DNA of 55,287 nt, filler included, from Circinaria calcarea (taxonomy: Eukaryota), in assembly GCA_051942165.1 (NCBI GenBank). It is 4 parts of 4 records of this genome, joined end to end, with 100 filler letters (N's around TTAATTAATTAA, not from the genome) between each part and the next. Parts side by side here need not be neighbours in the genome. Positions count along the whole stretch, not along the records: positions 13,867 to 27,621 come from JAVECS010000475.1; positions 27,722 to 41,463 come from JAVECS010000476.1; 2 more parts are not named here. The stretch is one strand, 5' to 3'. The notes below the pieces were generated by a model that was given only the letters and a program-made list of their open reading frames with translations, was not told the origin of the DNA and searched no databases. Shown here one piece after another: positions 23,827 through 34,602 of the stretch. The stretch's first letter is position 1; each line of letters opens with the position of its first letter. Both the position numbers and the translations under genes were made by a program.

Positions 23827-24640
23827 CTACCGCCGTAAACTATCCAGTCGAGCTTGAAGATCGTCGTCGTCTGTACTACCTCCTCCAATAGCTTCGGCAA
23901 CTCGGCCGTCAGCCACAGCGTTATTTTGTAGCCCTGAAGGTGTCTCTCCTAGCTGTTAAGTGATGCTTGTTAGTGCAAATGTCTCTTTTGATGACGGATC
24001 CGTGTTTTGACATGGAGATAGGAAACGTAGATACATACCGCCTGTCCTAGATCCACTCCAATCTCGTCTAATACCTCCTTCACCACCTCCTCCCCTTCCT
24101 CCTCGTCTTCTAATCCCGTCACATCATCAATCGCATCGTCCATCATCTCCTGTCTCTGATCCATGATATCATTCTCCTTTTCAAACTCCATCGCTATCCG
24201 CTGCAGCGCAGGAAGATTCATCTGGCGATTCATACTCCCAAGTAGAGACGTAGCGCCTCGCATCGACTGCATCATCTGTTCATTCGACCTGACCGTCTGG
24301 ATCCGCAAAGACACTGCTTGGAGTTGGGTGCGCATCGAGTAAAACTTTTGTATGTATCTCCTCGTCCTGACGAGATCTTTGGCTTGGATCTTGCAGGCCC
24401 CCATTTGGCCATTTTTGGCGCTCTTCTTGATGTCTTGGATGAGCTTCCTTTCTTGGTTCTCGAGCTTTACCCGTTCGCGGTCGAGCTCGCGCTGGGTCTT
24501 TTCGAGGGCGCGTTGGTGTTTGCGGAGGCGTTCTTGGGGGGTCATGCGCTTGCCGAAGGCCCATTCGACGATCTGGGGAAAGGGTCAGCTTGGAGGTGAG
24601 TTTAGGTGAGGAGGAAAAGGAGGGAGGAGCTTGCGTTCAT
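23827..24640 (-). CDS. VPS2: ESCRT-III subunit Vps2/Did4 (CHMP2); introns 24573-24634 (GC-AG) and 23953-24038
   Basis: MN-IVEWAFGKRMTPQERLRKHQRALEKTQRELDRE..., AKDLVRTRRYIQKFY, and the C-terminal MIM DDDLQARLDSLRR*. Confidence 0.95.
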
Positions 24641-24953
24641 GGCTTTGGTGGTGGTAAAGTAAGGATGATACTAGTCACAGCTAAAATATATGAATTTCAG
24701 CGGTCAATTAACAGCGACAAGCCGAGCGTAGCCTTTTCAATGTGTTTTGTTTATGTACCATATTCGCCGGGGCCTGAAGCTATTCGCTGCAACCCATCGA
24801 TGACGTCCCGCATGAAAGAGGAAAGGCGCCAAAATTAATCGATCCGTGCCAAGACATCTGAAAGCCGATTTGCACAAGCACAGCAATTCTCTTTGATGGA
24901 TGGTGGATAACTCTACGCAATACCAGTCTCATCTCCATATTTGATTACTTACA

Positions 24954-27621
24954 ATGAGCCAAAACTACTACCCAGGTGATGGCTCCTCCAATGGTAGAGC
25001 ATCACCTCGCCCTTCATCTACGCGATCCGCCACCAATGCTTCCTCTCGAAATACAGCGCGGCCTCATTACATGACAGTTGGATCAGGCTCGACTTCAGCA
25101 AGCGCGGCAGCACTGATGGCAACATTGGATAATGATTCCGGGTATGGCGGTAGCATCACCGGTGATGGTTATCCTGACGACGCGAGCGCTCGAGGTTGGA
25201 ATCCAGGCTTGACGTACGACCGCCCTACCCCGAGTCATACGCCTACGTTACCGGGAGAAGTTAATGCAGCTTCGGAACGCGAGAGGAAGGTCGTTGCGAG
25301 CCATGTACATCAGCTCTACTACAATCAGAACCGGACAACATTGGGCCGGGCGATCACCAGAACACTCGAAACATTGAAAGAGCTACAAGACATGAATGCC
25401 CGGTGGCCAGCGCATTATCCTGATGTTTATAGCATCCAGGACCCGGTTCCTTCCAGATCCGACCCCAGACCAGGAATTCAGCATACTCAAACTTCAACTG
25501 CGAACGCCTTTCAAAAAGAGAGTCCATTATATCGGCCAGGCCCGCGACGAGCAGCTACCTCGCTCAATGAAGCCGGTACAGCGGAATCGAGTAGAGTGGC
25601 TACGGAAAGGATCGAACAGGAACCAGAAAGACTCATCACACCTCAAGCGGCTCAGGACTTTACGATATTGAAGTTGGATATGCATGTACAGGGCTTGACA
25701 CAAAGTGAGATAGCTCGACATCTCAACAAACAAGCAGTAGCATCGTTGTTGGATGGCAAGATTAGTAGCTTGCTGCGGCGTCTTCTACTACTACGGAATC
25801 GAATTGAGGATACTTCGAGCAAGGTATTGGTTACAGGAGACCTCAACGCTGGGAAATCAACGTTCTGTAATGCACTTCTTCGACGAAAGGTTCTACCCGA
25901 GGACCAGCAACCTTGCACGAGCATCTTTTGCGAAGTTTTGGATGCTCGAGAGAATGGAGGTGTGGAGGAGGTCCACGCAGTGCACATGGACACAGACTAT
26001 AATCGAGATGACGAAAGCACCTACGATGTCTACACACTGCAAGAGCTGGAGAAGATTGTTACGGATAGTGATCGGTATACGCAGTGTAAAGTCTATATCA
26101 AGGACATTCGCACTATTGATCAATCGTTACTCAACAATGGCGTTGTGGACATTTCGATTATCGATGCGCCTGGGCTAAACTCGGATTCGCTGAAAACTAC
26201 AGCGGTGTTTGCAAGGCAAGAAGAAATTGACGTGGTCGTGTTTGTGGTGTCGGCCGAAAATCATTTCACTTTATCCGCAAAAGACTTCCTCCTCACCGCC
26301 GCACGAGAGAAAGCGTACATTTTCATCGTGGTCAACAAATACGATAACATAAAGAATAAGGAAAAGTGTCAAAAGAGTATCCTGGAACAGGTGGCCTTTC
26401 TCAGCCCGCGTACATTTAAAGACTCCTCCGAGCTCGTCCACTTTGTTGCCAGTGATGCTATCCCAGTAGCCCCTGGTAACAGTTCGGGTCCCGGGGGTCC
26501 AAGTGGTGGGGTCAATGGAAGTGGCGTAGGCTCAAGTTCAGATCCATTGGATGACGAGCCACCTTCATTCGACGATGAGGATGATGAGTATACCGGAAAG
26601 CATGGTGAGCCAGGTTCTCCGCCCGGCAAAGGCAAGGGCAAGGCGAAAGAAAGAGAAAACCTGCGCGACTTTGAACAATTAGAAGGTGCCCTCCGCCGTT
26701 TCGTACTCGAAAAGCGTGCTCGCTCTAAACTTCTGCCTGCGAAGAATTTCCTTCTCACTCTCTTCCGAGATCTCGATAATCTAGCAACAGTCAACCGTGA
26801 CGTGGCTCAATCAGAGCTTGACCGGGTTTCAAATGAACTTACCGAAATAGAACCAGCTTATGAGCAATCAAAGAAGGCTCGGTCAGAAGTTAGTGACGAG
26901 ATTGATAAGACCATTGAGGTAACCCGCGATGAAGTCTATGCTCATACAACCGTTAAGCTTGATACAACCATCACCCGTGTTGCGGATGGGAATCTTGGTG
27001 TACCGTATCCAGGTATCCTTAATGCATTCCAGTATGCCGAGGACATCAAATCAGCAATGCTTGACCAGATCTCTGACGCGGTGACTGATTGCGAAGAACA
27101 GGCCCGCATCAGAGCAGTCGAGGGTGTAGACGCGATTGATTCTCTCGGTGCTCTTCATCTGGGCGATGACTACACGGCACTCAAGTTTAAATCGGATATG
27201 ATGTTCCGACGGAAGAGAGATGTACTTGCTCGACAGGTCGACACGCAGATTGAAATTGCAGATTTCTTCGATGTCGCCGGACTCTGGGAGAGGCAAGAAA
27301 AGGTTGCCGGAACAGGAATGGCAATGACCGTTGCAGGTGTGATAGGGGGAAGACTGGTAGGAGGTGTAGGATGGATGGATGGTGCCCTAGGCGCCGCAAG
27401 GGTTCTGGGCTCAGGGAACCTACGAAGGTTGATCTTGCCTGGTCTCATCGCTACAGGTATGTCTGCCATGATTACATTGAGACACGCATACTCGTCCCCT
27501 CCCTCTGCCCTCAATTTTTCCTTGGTTTCTCAAAGACAACCACCCCAACAATCCTAAAACTAACCCACCCCCTATAGTCATCCTAACAACAACCTACATC
27601 CTCCACTCCATTCCCAACACC
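24954..27621 (+). CDS. FZO1: Mitofusin GTPase Fzo1, 3'-truncated by the contig end; intron 27457-27577
   Basis: Dynamin-like G motifs GDLNAGKSTFCNALL, DQQPCT, IDAPGLN and VVNKYD. Also LRRFVLEKRARSKL and a Gly-rich TM region. Confidence 0.95.
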
Positions 27622-27721
27622 NNNNNNNNNNNNNNNNNNNNNNNNNNNNNNNNNNNNNNNNNNNNTTAATTAATTAANNNNNNNNNNNNNNNNNNNNNNN
27701 NNNNNNNNNNNNNNNNNNNNN
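27622..27721. other. Artificial contig-joining spacer
   Basis: 44 N + TTAATTAATTAA + 44 N. Confidence 0.98.
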
Positions 27722-28435
27722 ATCCTGAGTACTGACATCCGCCGATGCTTGGGCTCCCGCCGAAGAGTGGGCATGGCTCGATGCAGTTTCCTCTAGCGGC
27801 TCAAGGTGATGGTGCATCATGTTTGGCATCGCTTCAACGGACTCCTCTGCATTTGGCCTGTCCAGCCCACCATGAGGCGGCATATGGCTGTCATACTCAT
27901 TGGCTAAACTTAACCTACTTCTTCCGCAGATTTCTGCTATCTGATCAATCGAGCCACGAACTTCGGGGTCAATTGCCGCTAGGATTTCTTGAAAGGAGAA
28001 TGCTGACAGAGGCGGAAGTTCGTGTTTGATATCCTGAGAGATCTCGTCCAAGCTGGATTCCGTTTCTTTGGGCCTGCTCGGCCGGGCGAATTTCATCTTG
28101 CTATCGTATGACCGCACCAAAACCGGTTGCGTAGCACTAGCTGAGGATCCGCCGGGAGTTGCACCTGTGGGTAGAGACCTCGACACTAGGCCATTTAATC
28201 GCCGTGGTGGTGTGGTGCGATGACTCGAGTTGGCTGCATTGTGTTGAGGTCGATGGGCAAATTGTTCGTCATCGGCCGGGTTTGGAGAGTTGGAAGTTGG
28301 ACGAGTTGGAGAGGGGACTGTAGAAGTAGGAGATTCTCCAGCGCAACCATCTCCCTCACGAGTCATGCCGTTGACAACGTGTACCTCTGCAGCACCTTCT
28401 TCTGCAGGCGAATCACCTGCGAGTCTGTCCAGCAT
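27722..28435 (-). CDS. Hypothetical fungal protein, 3'-truncated
   Basis: ATG-initiated open frame running into the gap, with an ordered block LPPLSAFSFQEILAAIDPEVRGSIDQIAEICGRSRLSLANEYDSHMPPHG inside low-complexity sequence. Confidence 0.65.
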
Positions 28436-30391
28436 GTCGAACGGTCGGGGCGACGGGGGCAGCGCCGAGGCGATTGGCCGACAAATTGATTACTGCATGA
28501 GTCTAAGGGACAGCTAAAACCGTGCGGTGCAGGTTCTGAATCACTGCGAGCAAAAGAAAAGTACGAGTAAGGTTTGGACGCTGCAGAGCGAGGGCGGCAC
28601 AATGCAGGACGAGAGGTGCGCTGGCAGTTGACGCGATATGGTAAGTTCCAACATCCCATCGACCCCGCTATTCCACCCTATTCTATCGGCCCAGTCGATT
28701 CCACCCGCCGGCCAACTGCCAAGCACCACTCGGTCGGCAGAAGCCCCTCGGCGGTGCATACACGTTCAGTCATGTGACCTCTAACGGTAGACGGTCCATT
28801 CGATCGTCTCCTCTGATGGAAGATTGAAGGCCAGATTGCGAGGGGGATACGAGACAGGAAGACCCCTCAGCTTCCAACCACTCTTCTGGCTGGGCGAAGA
28901 TCACGAACAATCTTCAGAGTGATTTACTCACGCGCTTTCGATCCGAGAAACTTGCATCACATTTCATGCAGGCACAATCAAGACATCAGCGAATTGCGCA
29001 TTAGGGCTACAGCACCCGATTCTAGATCCTGATATCCGACTTGCGCGGAAAATTTTGTGCTTTGTCCTTTTCTCCTTCGCCCTTACGCGCATGCCGAGCA
29101 CGAGAGAACCATCCCTTGAGCATGTCGCCATAGCTGAGTTGGTTGCAGCAGTCTGGAATAGTAGACTCCTCGCGGCTCGACCTGCAGCAACATTTCATAG
29201 GCCAGAATAGGAGAAGCAAAGCGCAATACCAACGAGAGAGACGATTAGAGTACGAACGACGGGTTGGCAGGTCAGACTGCAGACTTGGGAGCCGGGGCTG
29301 GGGGCACCGTTGTATCAATTTGAGTTTCCAGGGCTAAAAGTCATGGATCTCCTGTGTGTAGCTGACGTTGAAGTCGTACTAGGGGTCGTAGTTGGGATAG
29401 CAGTGGATTTTGATACAATGCTGGCGGCTGCTGCGACAGGATTATTAGAGTCAGGTGGGTTTGGCCCCATATCTTCGACAGCCATGTGTACAGGCGATGT
29501 GCGTCGTAAGGATGCAGAGTGAATAGCAGCGGTTGAAGTGAATTGGAGAAAGAAGTAATGAATGGATGCTAAGTTAAAAGTTGATAAGGAAGGTGAGGAT
29601 AGTATGTGAGAATGGCTGGAGATAGCCAGTAGATTGTCATAGCACAAAGCAGATAGATACACTGAAATTCAAGAAAACACTATCGAACCATTCAATTGAA
29701 TCGGTTAATTGCAGAAGGGAATCTTAACCCTCTTTGAGAATCATAGCAAAGTCAAAGCTTTCCACCACCCGAGTCCTCCACGACATGCCTCATCACTGCC
29801 TACAATTCCTCCCCATGCCACAAAGCTGAAATAGAGATAGGTGTAGATATATATGATTAGTCCTTTGAAGTCATCGTAACCTCGTTGTCACCAGTAACTG
29901 ACATTACAGGCTAAAGTAACCAGCTAAAATTCGAGTTTCGCAAAAGGCACAGCCTCCAGCGTTGGGGGCGGGATCTCGAAGCGCCACATTGACACACTGA
30001 AGGATCAACGAACGCATGCATAGCCGAGAGCTACCCAAAAAAAAACCCTTCTGGCATTCCTTGATTAAAGTCTGCATTCTCAAAGTGTTGGCAAGGTCAA
30101 AGTTTCTGGATGGGTGATTGCGCAGCGAAACGTGGAGGAAAACATTCGGCCTATCAAGCGAGAGCAGCATTGGCGGTACTCCAATGGAGGACCTGGGCCA
30201 AACGCGGCTATTATCCCAGAATACTGCTAGTAAGCATAATGCGAGTGATTTTTGAGGCAAGTCCGTCCATTGACAGCTAGAGTAGCCTAAAGATTAAACA
30301 CATTGACATCTTGAGCAAGTAGGACAAACGATCCAAACGGAAGAGGAGGCATATCAAAGGAATCACGACGAGTAGTTGATAATTAAGAAGG

Positions 30392-32058
30392 TCAAACCCC
30401 TACCTCCCCTAGTCTCGGTGCACCACCCTCCCAATCCCATCTCTCGTAGTACCTAAACACCAGTTCGTAGCCGTCCAATTCGTGCACGATACGATCCACT
30501 CTCCGATACCCTCTGATGCACTCCATCCTTGAACGCTTCTTGGCGGCCTGACGTTCCATAGCCCTGAGCTCTGTGACCGTGTCCGAGTCCTCTCCCACAA
30601 TTGCCACAGGCTTAGCTTCGAACAGTGTGACGGAGAAGCGACCAGGTTTGAAGATACTGACAATTTGCTCCACGACCTCGGCCGTCTCTCTGCCAGTTTG
30701 CCTGCTAGGCACGTTTGTCTCGAAGGAAGCGTAGCTGCAATTTGCCTCCGGAGTTACGTGCACCGTAAAGTAGTGCGTACCGCTTGAACCTTTGGGTGCA
30801 GGAATGACACCATTTGCGGAAAAGCCGCACGGAGTAAAGAGATAGGCGTCAATCCTGGCATCAGGGTATTTCGAAGGTGGATAGATATCTGCCAGACCTG
30901 AAGCCTCGGATACGATGGTACCGAGAGCATGACCTTCTGTTGTCAGTTCGGTCGGGAATAAGTCCTCGTCATCGGAAGCAGTAAGTTCCTCGTTTTCAGA
31001 TGAAGTATTGCTGAATACATCAATCTCAGGTTGATGATGAGATCCTGACTCTCGAACAGGACTTTTCCCGTCGAGACCCATACTCTCGACGTTCGATTCA
31101 GTTATGGTAGCAAGTCGCAGGTGCCGCTCCTTCTTCGCTTTGTATGTTCCTTGATAATAGCGACCTTCCGCGACCGTACTCGCATGATCGAGGTAGAACT
31201 GCTTGGCATTATCCTCTTCAAGGTCTGTCATCAGTACTTCCAAGGTCTCATCTTGATCTCCGACCGCATCTTCTGTCCCTTGTAGCCCAACTGGTTTAGA
31301 CCCAGGCAATTCCAAGATCTTGGTCTCGGTTTCAGCTCGCCCTGGTGTAGCCGGTGGTGTCAATAGTGTATTTGGCTCGGTGAGATAGAGATACCAGTGT
31401 TCGCCGTTCATCTTCCCAATCATGTACGCACTTCCCCCGCGAAAGAGCTTATCCAAGGACTTGACTTCATCCCGCCAGCTCCGATGTGGCCCCCGCTGGC
31501 GATCCGGAAAAAGAAAGTTCTTCCGGCTGTAAAAGACACGGTATGGAGTTGCAGCCGCTGCAATCCCGGTGGCAAGGTTGGCCACGGTATGGGGGAAGCC
31601 TGCGGAAAGGGCAGCAATTTCTAGGATCCTGGGTAAGCCACAAAGCAGCGTCGTAGTCCCACATGTCTTTAAGATAAGCTTGTGTGGGAAGATAAACATG
31701 CTCGACTCGGATAAGAGGTAGGCATCAACATGCTCGGATTCGATGATTGACAGAACTTGACAATTCACCAAGTCAAGCATGTCCTTCCATACCTCGGATG
31801 GCACTGCTTTCAGCCCTCCTGACACTGCACATGCCGGTGTTGCTGTGGCACTCGCACTGAACCATACCTCTAAAAGCTTCTCGGGACCTAGAACACAGTT
31901 AGCCACATCAAGTGACTTAGGCATGCGGGCGACATACCCTCAAATTGATTGGTAGAGTCGAGATCTGCCGCGACCTCACGATTGATGGTCAGATGCGGTG
32001 TCTCACTTACTGAAGATGGAGAAGCAGTATAGTGTTTGGGTATCTCAATATTGACCAT
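30392..32058 (-). CDS. SPE2: S-adenosylmethionine decarboxylase proenzyme; exons 32058-31938 and 31887-30392
   Basis: FEGPEKLLEVWF is restored across intron 31888-31937. Also the YLLSESS autocleavage (pyruvoyl) site, ILKTCGTT, FTPCGFSAN and HVTPE..SYASFETN. Confidence 0.96.
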
Positions 32059-32473
32059 CTCCGTGCAAGAGCTTCGCTCAGTAATGAGTTCTGGAATTTC
32101 TTCACAAGTACCAACCACTAGAGAGATTGTTCTCGCTCTGATTGCGTATTACAATCGATCCGTCGACGAAAAATGCAGGGCCCGCTCGTGATGCGTAAGC
32201 CCACGGCACGTGGGAGAATAGGGAGGCTGGCTGTCGCCAGCAGCAGTAGGCTAGTTATCCAACAACTCGAAAGGGCGATTATGGAGGTCGAGCGGAGAGC
32301 GGAATGAAAAAGACCTTTTGCCAAGGAATGATGGCTACTATTGGGGTACCTCGTACTGGCAGAGTCCGATACCTGGATAAGTATCGGGTCTAGCAGACGA
32401 GGTCAATCTGCTCCAAAAAAGGATACTGTTTCAAGATTATAGGAATGCTTGATCGGGTGGATGTTGACGGGTG

Positions 32474-32638
32474 TTATCGAGGCCTAAGAGTGCGATATGT
32501 CGTTAGTACTGTATAACTAAATTCGGTGAGATTGAGGGGACCTGGGCAAGTGGCGAAATGCCAACGAAAGAGATAGAAAGACTGGTAAGCGTACTTTGCA
32601 GGCTTTGATAGGAAGCGTAGAAGGTCCTTGCGGCTCAT
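32474..32638 (-). promoter_or_regulatory. Putative spliced uORF in the SPE2 5' leader (MSRKDLLRFLSKPAKPR*); intron 32484-32594
   Basis: This is the only minus-strand ATG between 32059 and 32941. The intron has a GTACGC donor, a perfect TACTAAC branch point and a TTAG acceptor. Confidence 0.6.
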
Positions 32639-32681
32639 AGAGAATCCCGAAAAGGTTTCGTTAGCTAGCAGTGGCGAATCC

Positions 32682-32724
32682 AAGCCAGATTGGCACGGAA
32701 CCAAAGGTCTGTCCGTGCTGGCTT
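32682..32724 (-). other. Predicted RNA hairpin in the SPE2 leader
   Basis: AAGCCAG/CTGGCTT + CACGGA/TCCGTG + ACC/GGT stems, with a 5-nt and a 3-nt bulge. Confidence 0.45.
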
Positions 32725-34602
32725 CAAAGTTCTATTGCGGACGCTGTGGAGGACGGTCAGGATCAAGACGGCGGTAGGATGCGTCGAGTGTCAACTAGGG
32801 CACGGCGAAGGGCTTCAGCAGCCGTAAAAAAGCGATTGGTCCCAATGGTCGCCTGGTCGGTAGATGACTCCCTCCAACAGTAGATGATATGTAAGAGAAA
32901 TTCTAAGGGAGAGAGGCTTTGGAGACTCGAAGATTTGTGCACATGAAGAAGCCTTTAAACTTTTTTTGGGCGGTTCGCCGGGCCCGAGGCTTATGACGCC
33001 AGCTTTAGGGCTGAGGTTTAGTTACCTTTATCTGCCCTAATCTACGCTGTCGTCTGGCGAGATGATAGACATATGCTGCTGAGAAGTGCATCACATGCTG
33101 GAGTGTAAATGTGTACTGCCTTACTACTCCGTATGCCCTCACGATGCATGAAATGCGAAAGGTAATCACCATGTCAGGTATGGTATAGCCACTTTGGAGC
33201 CTCGATATCTGCCAAGCGAACATGGAAAGCTCCCTGAGTCACGTGGGCAACACAATACTCGGTATAAAAAACAATTAAAAGATTGTAGGGCGGAAACTAT
33301 TGGGCAGCCTCGTTGGGGTTAGATACCGCCAGGAACACACATGTGTCCAATCTGAAAATCACCAGCCAGGGCGAGAATACCTGCGGTAAGGTGCTCGGGT
33401 CTGACGATCGCAGGCTGCAGATTCCGACTCCTTGTTTCTCGAATCGAAGAATCAATCGTACAGTAGTAGTATGTGTAGATGGCCATACGTCGAATGACTG
33501 TTTTGCAGCGACGATCCCATCTGGGTGGAAGCACGTTCTGCCCTTTCCTACCGAACGGTGATTCGCTCAGACTGGGGGCGGATATGAGGTGCTGCTCGCG
33601 TGAAGGCGAGATTGTGGAATACCACCCGGGCACGCCGACGCTTAGAGTATGCGATGCCAACTCATCGCTGAATGTAAAACGCATCAAGGCTGCATTTCGG
33701 TCGTCGTTATCGCCCCTGAGGCGTGTCCTGTAGGTGCTTGGTGTGCATGCTTTCGATATTGGGGCGATTGCACGCAAGTGTGGCCTGGCGCTACGCCAGT
33801 CGAGCTGCGAAGCCTCCAGACCGGGTCGAATCCTGCGGTGGAGTTTTAAGGTACTGCGACGATGGTCCGATTTGGACAGCACGACAGCTCCAACAGTCAG
33901 CGTGGCAGCAACGGGTGGCTCATTGTGCTCCTTGCGGGTGCCTCGTTCCATTCATGTAGGGTGATCGAATCGGAAAACAGCAGCAAGCGGAAACAACTAG
34001 TCCAAGTAACTGGTTCGCTGCTAATGGCCAGCAACCTGTCAGCAGTCGTCGCAGCGGTAGCGTCAACGGCCCCCTGGTCGGCAAAGTAGTGGCTCCCAAC
34101 CAGTCATCCAGTCATCCAGCAATGCGGGAAAGGTGGGAAAGGTGTGGGGGGGGGGAAGGGGGTTGCCCGCTGGAGCGTCGTTGGCCGAGTCCTTTATGCA
34201 TGAAGATGCAGCGAATCCCGCCGGACGGTGGGAGAGAGAATGATGCGCTTGGTCACGCATTCAACAATCGCCCGTATCCTGTTCTGAGTCTGGAATCTGG
34301 AGTCTGCCCTCGGTCTGCAGACGAAAAACCGAGGGAGGCCATCATCTATCTAAACGACTATCGTCGCAAAGTTCTCAATCGGATTTTCCATTTTCCTGCC
34401 ACTGGAATGCGCGCCCCAGGACGGTCCCACCTATTCACGTCGGCAGATCAGATCTTCCTCGATGCTTCCATGAGTACGTACCGGATCTCGTCAAAGCTAC
34501 TTCCTCCAACGGACGTGTGATGTCGAGACAACTCGTACGGCCCAGTTCACGCTGTCTACCGGTTCGAGCGCCCCTTGGGAGAAGCACGCATTAGAACTGA
34601 AG

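Noticed and set aside
29022..29662. Short Ser/Thr-rich minus-strand ORFs
   Set aside because: Could not be joined into a convincing gene model and show no motif.
33319..33951. 210-aa minus-strand ORF and overlapping ORFs in the SPE2 divergent intergenic region
   Set aside because: Arg-rich, random-looking composition with no recognisable domain or splice support.
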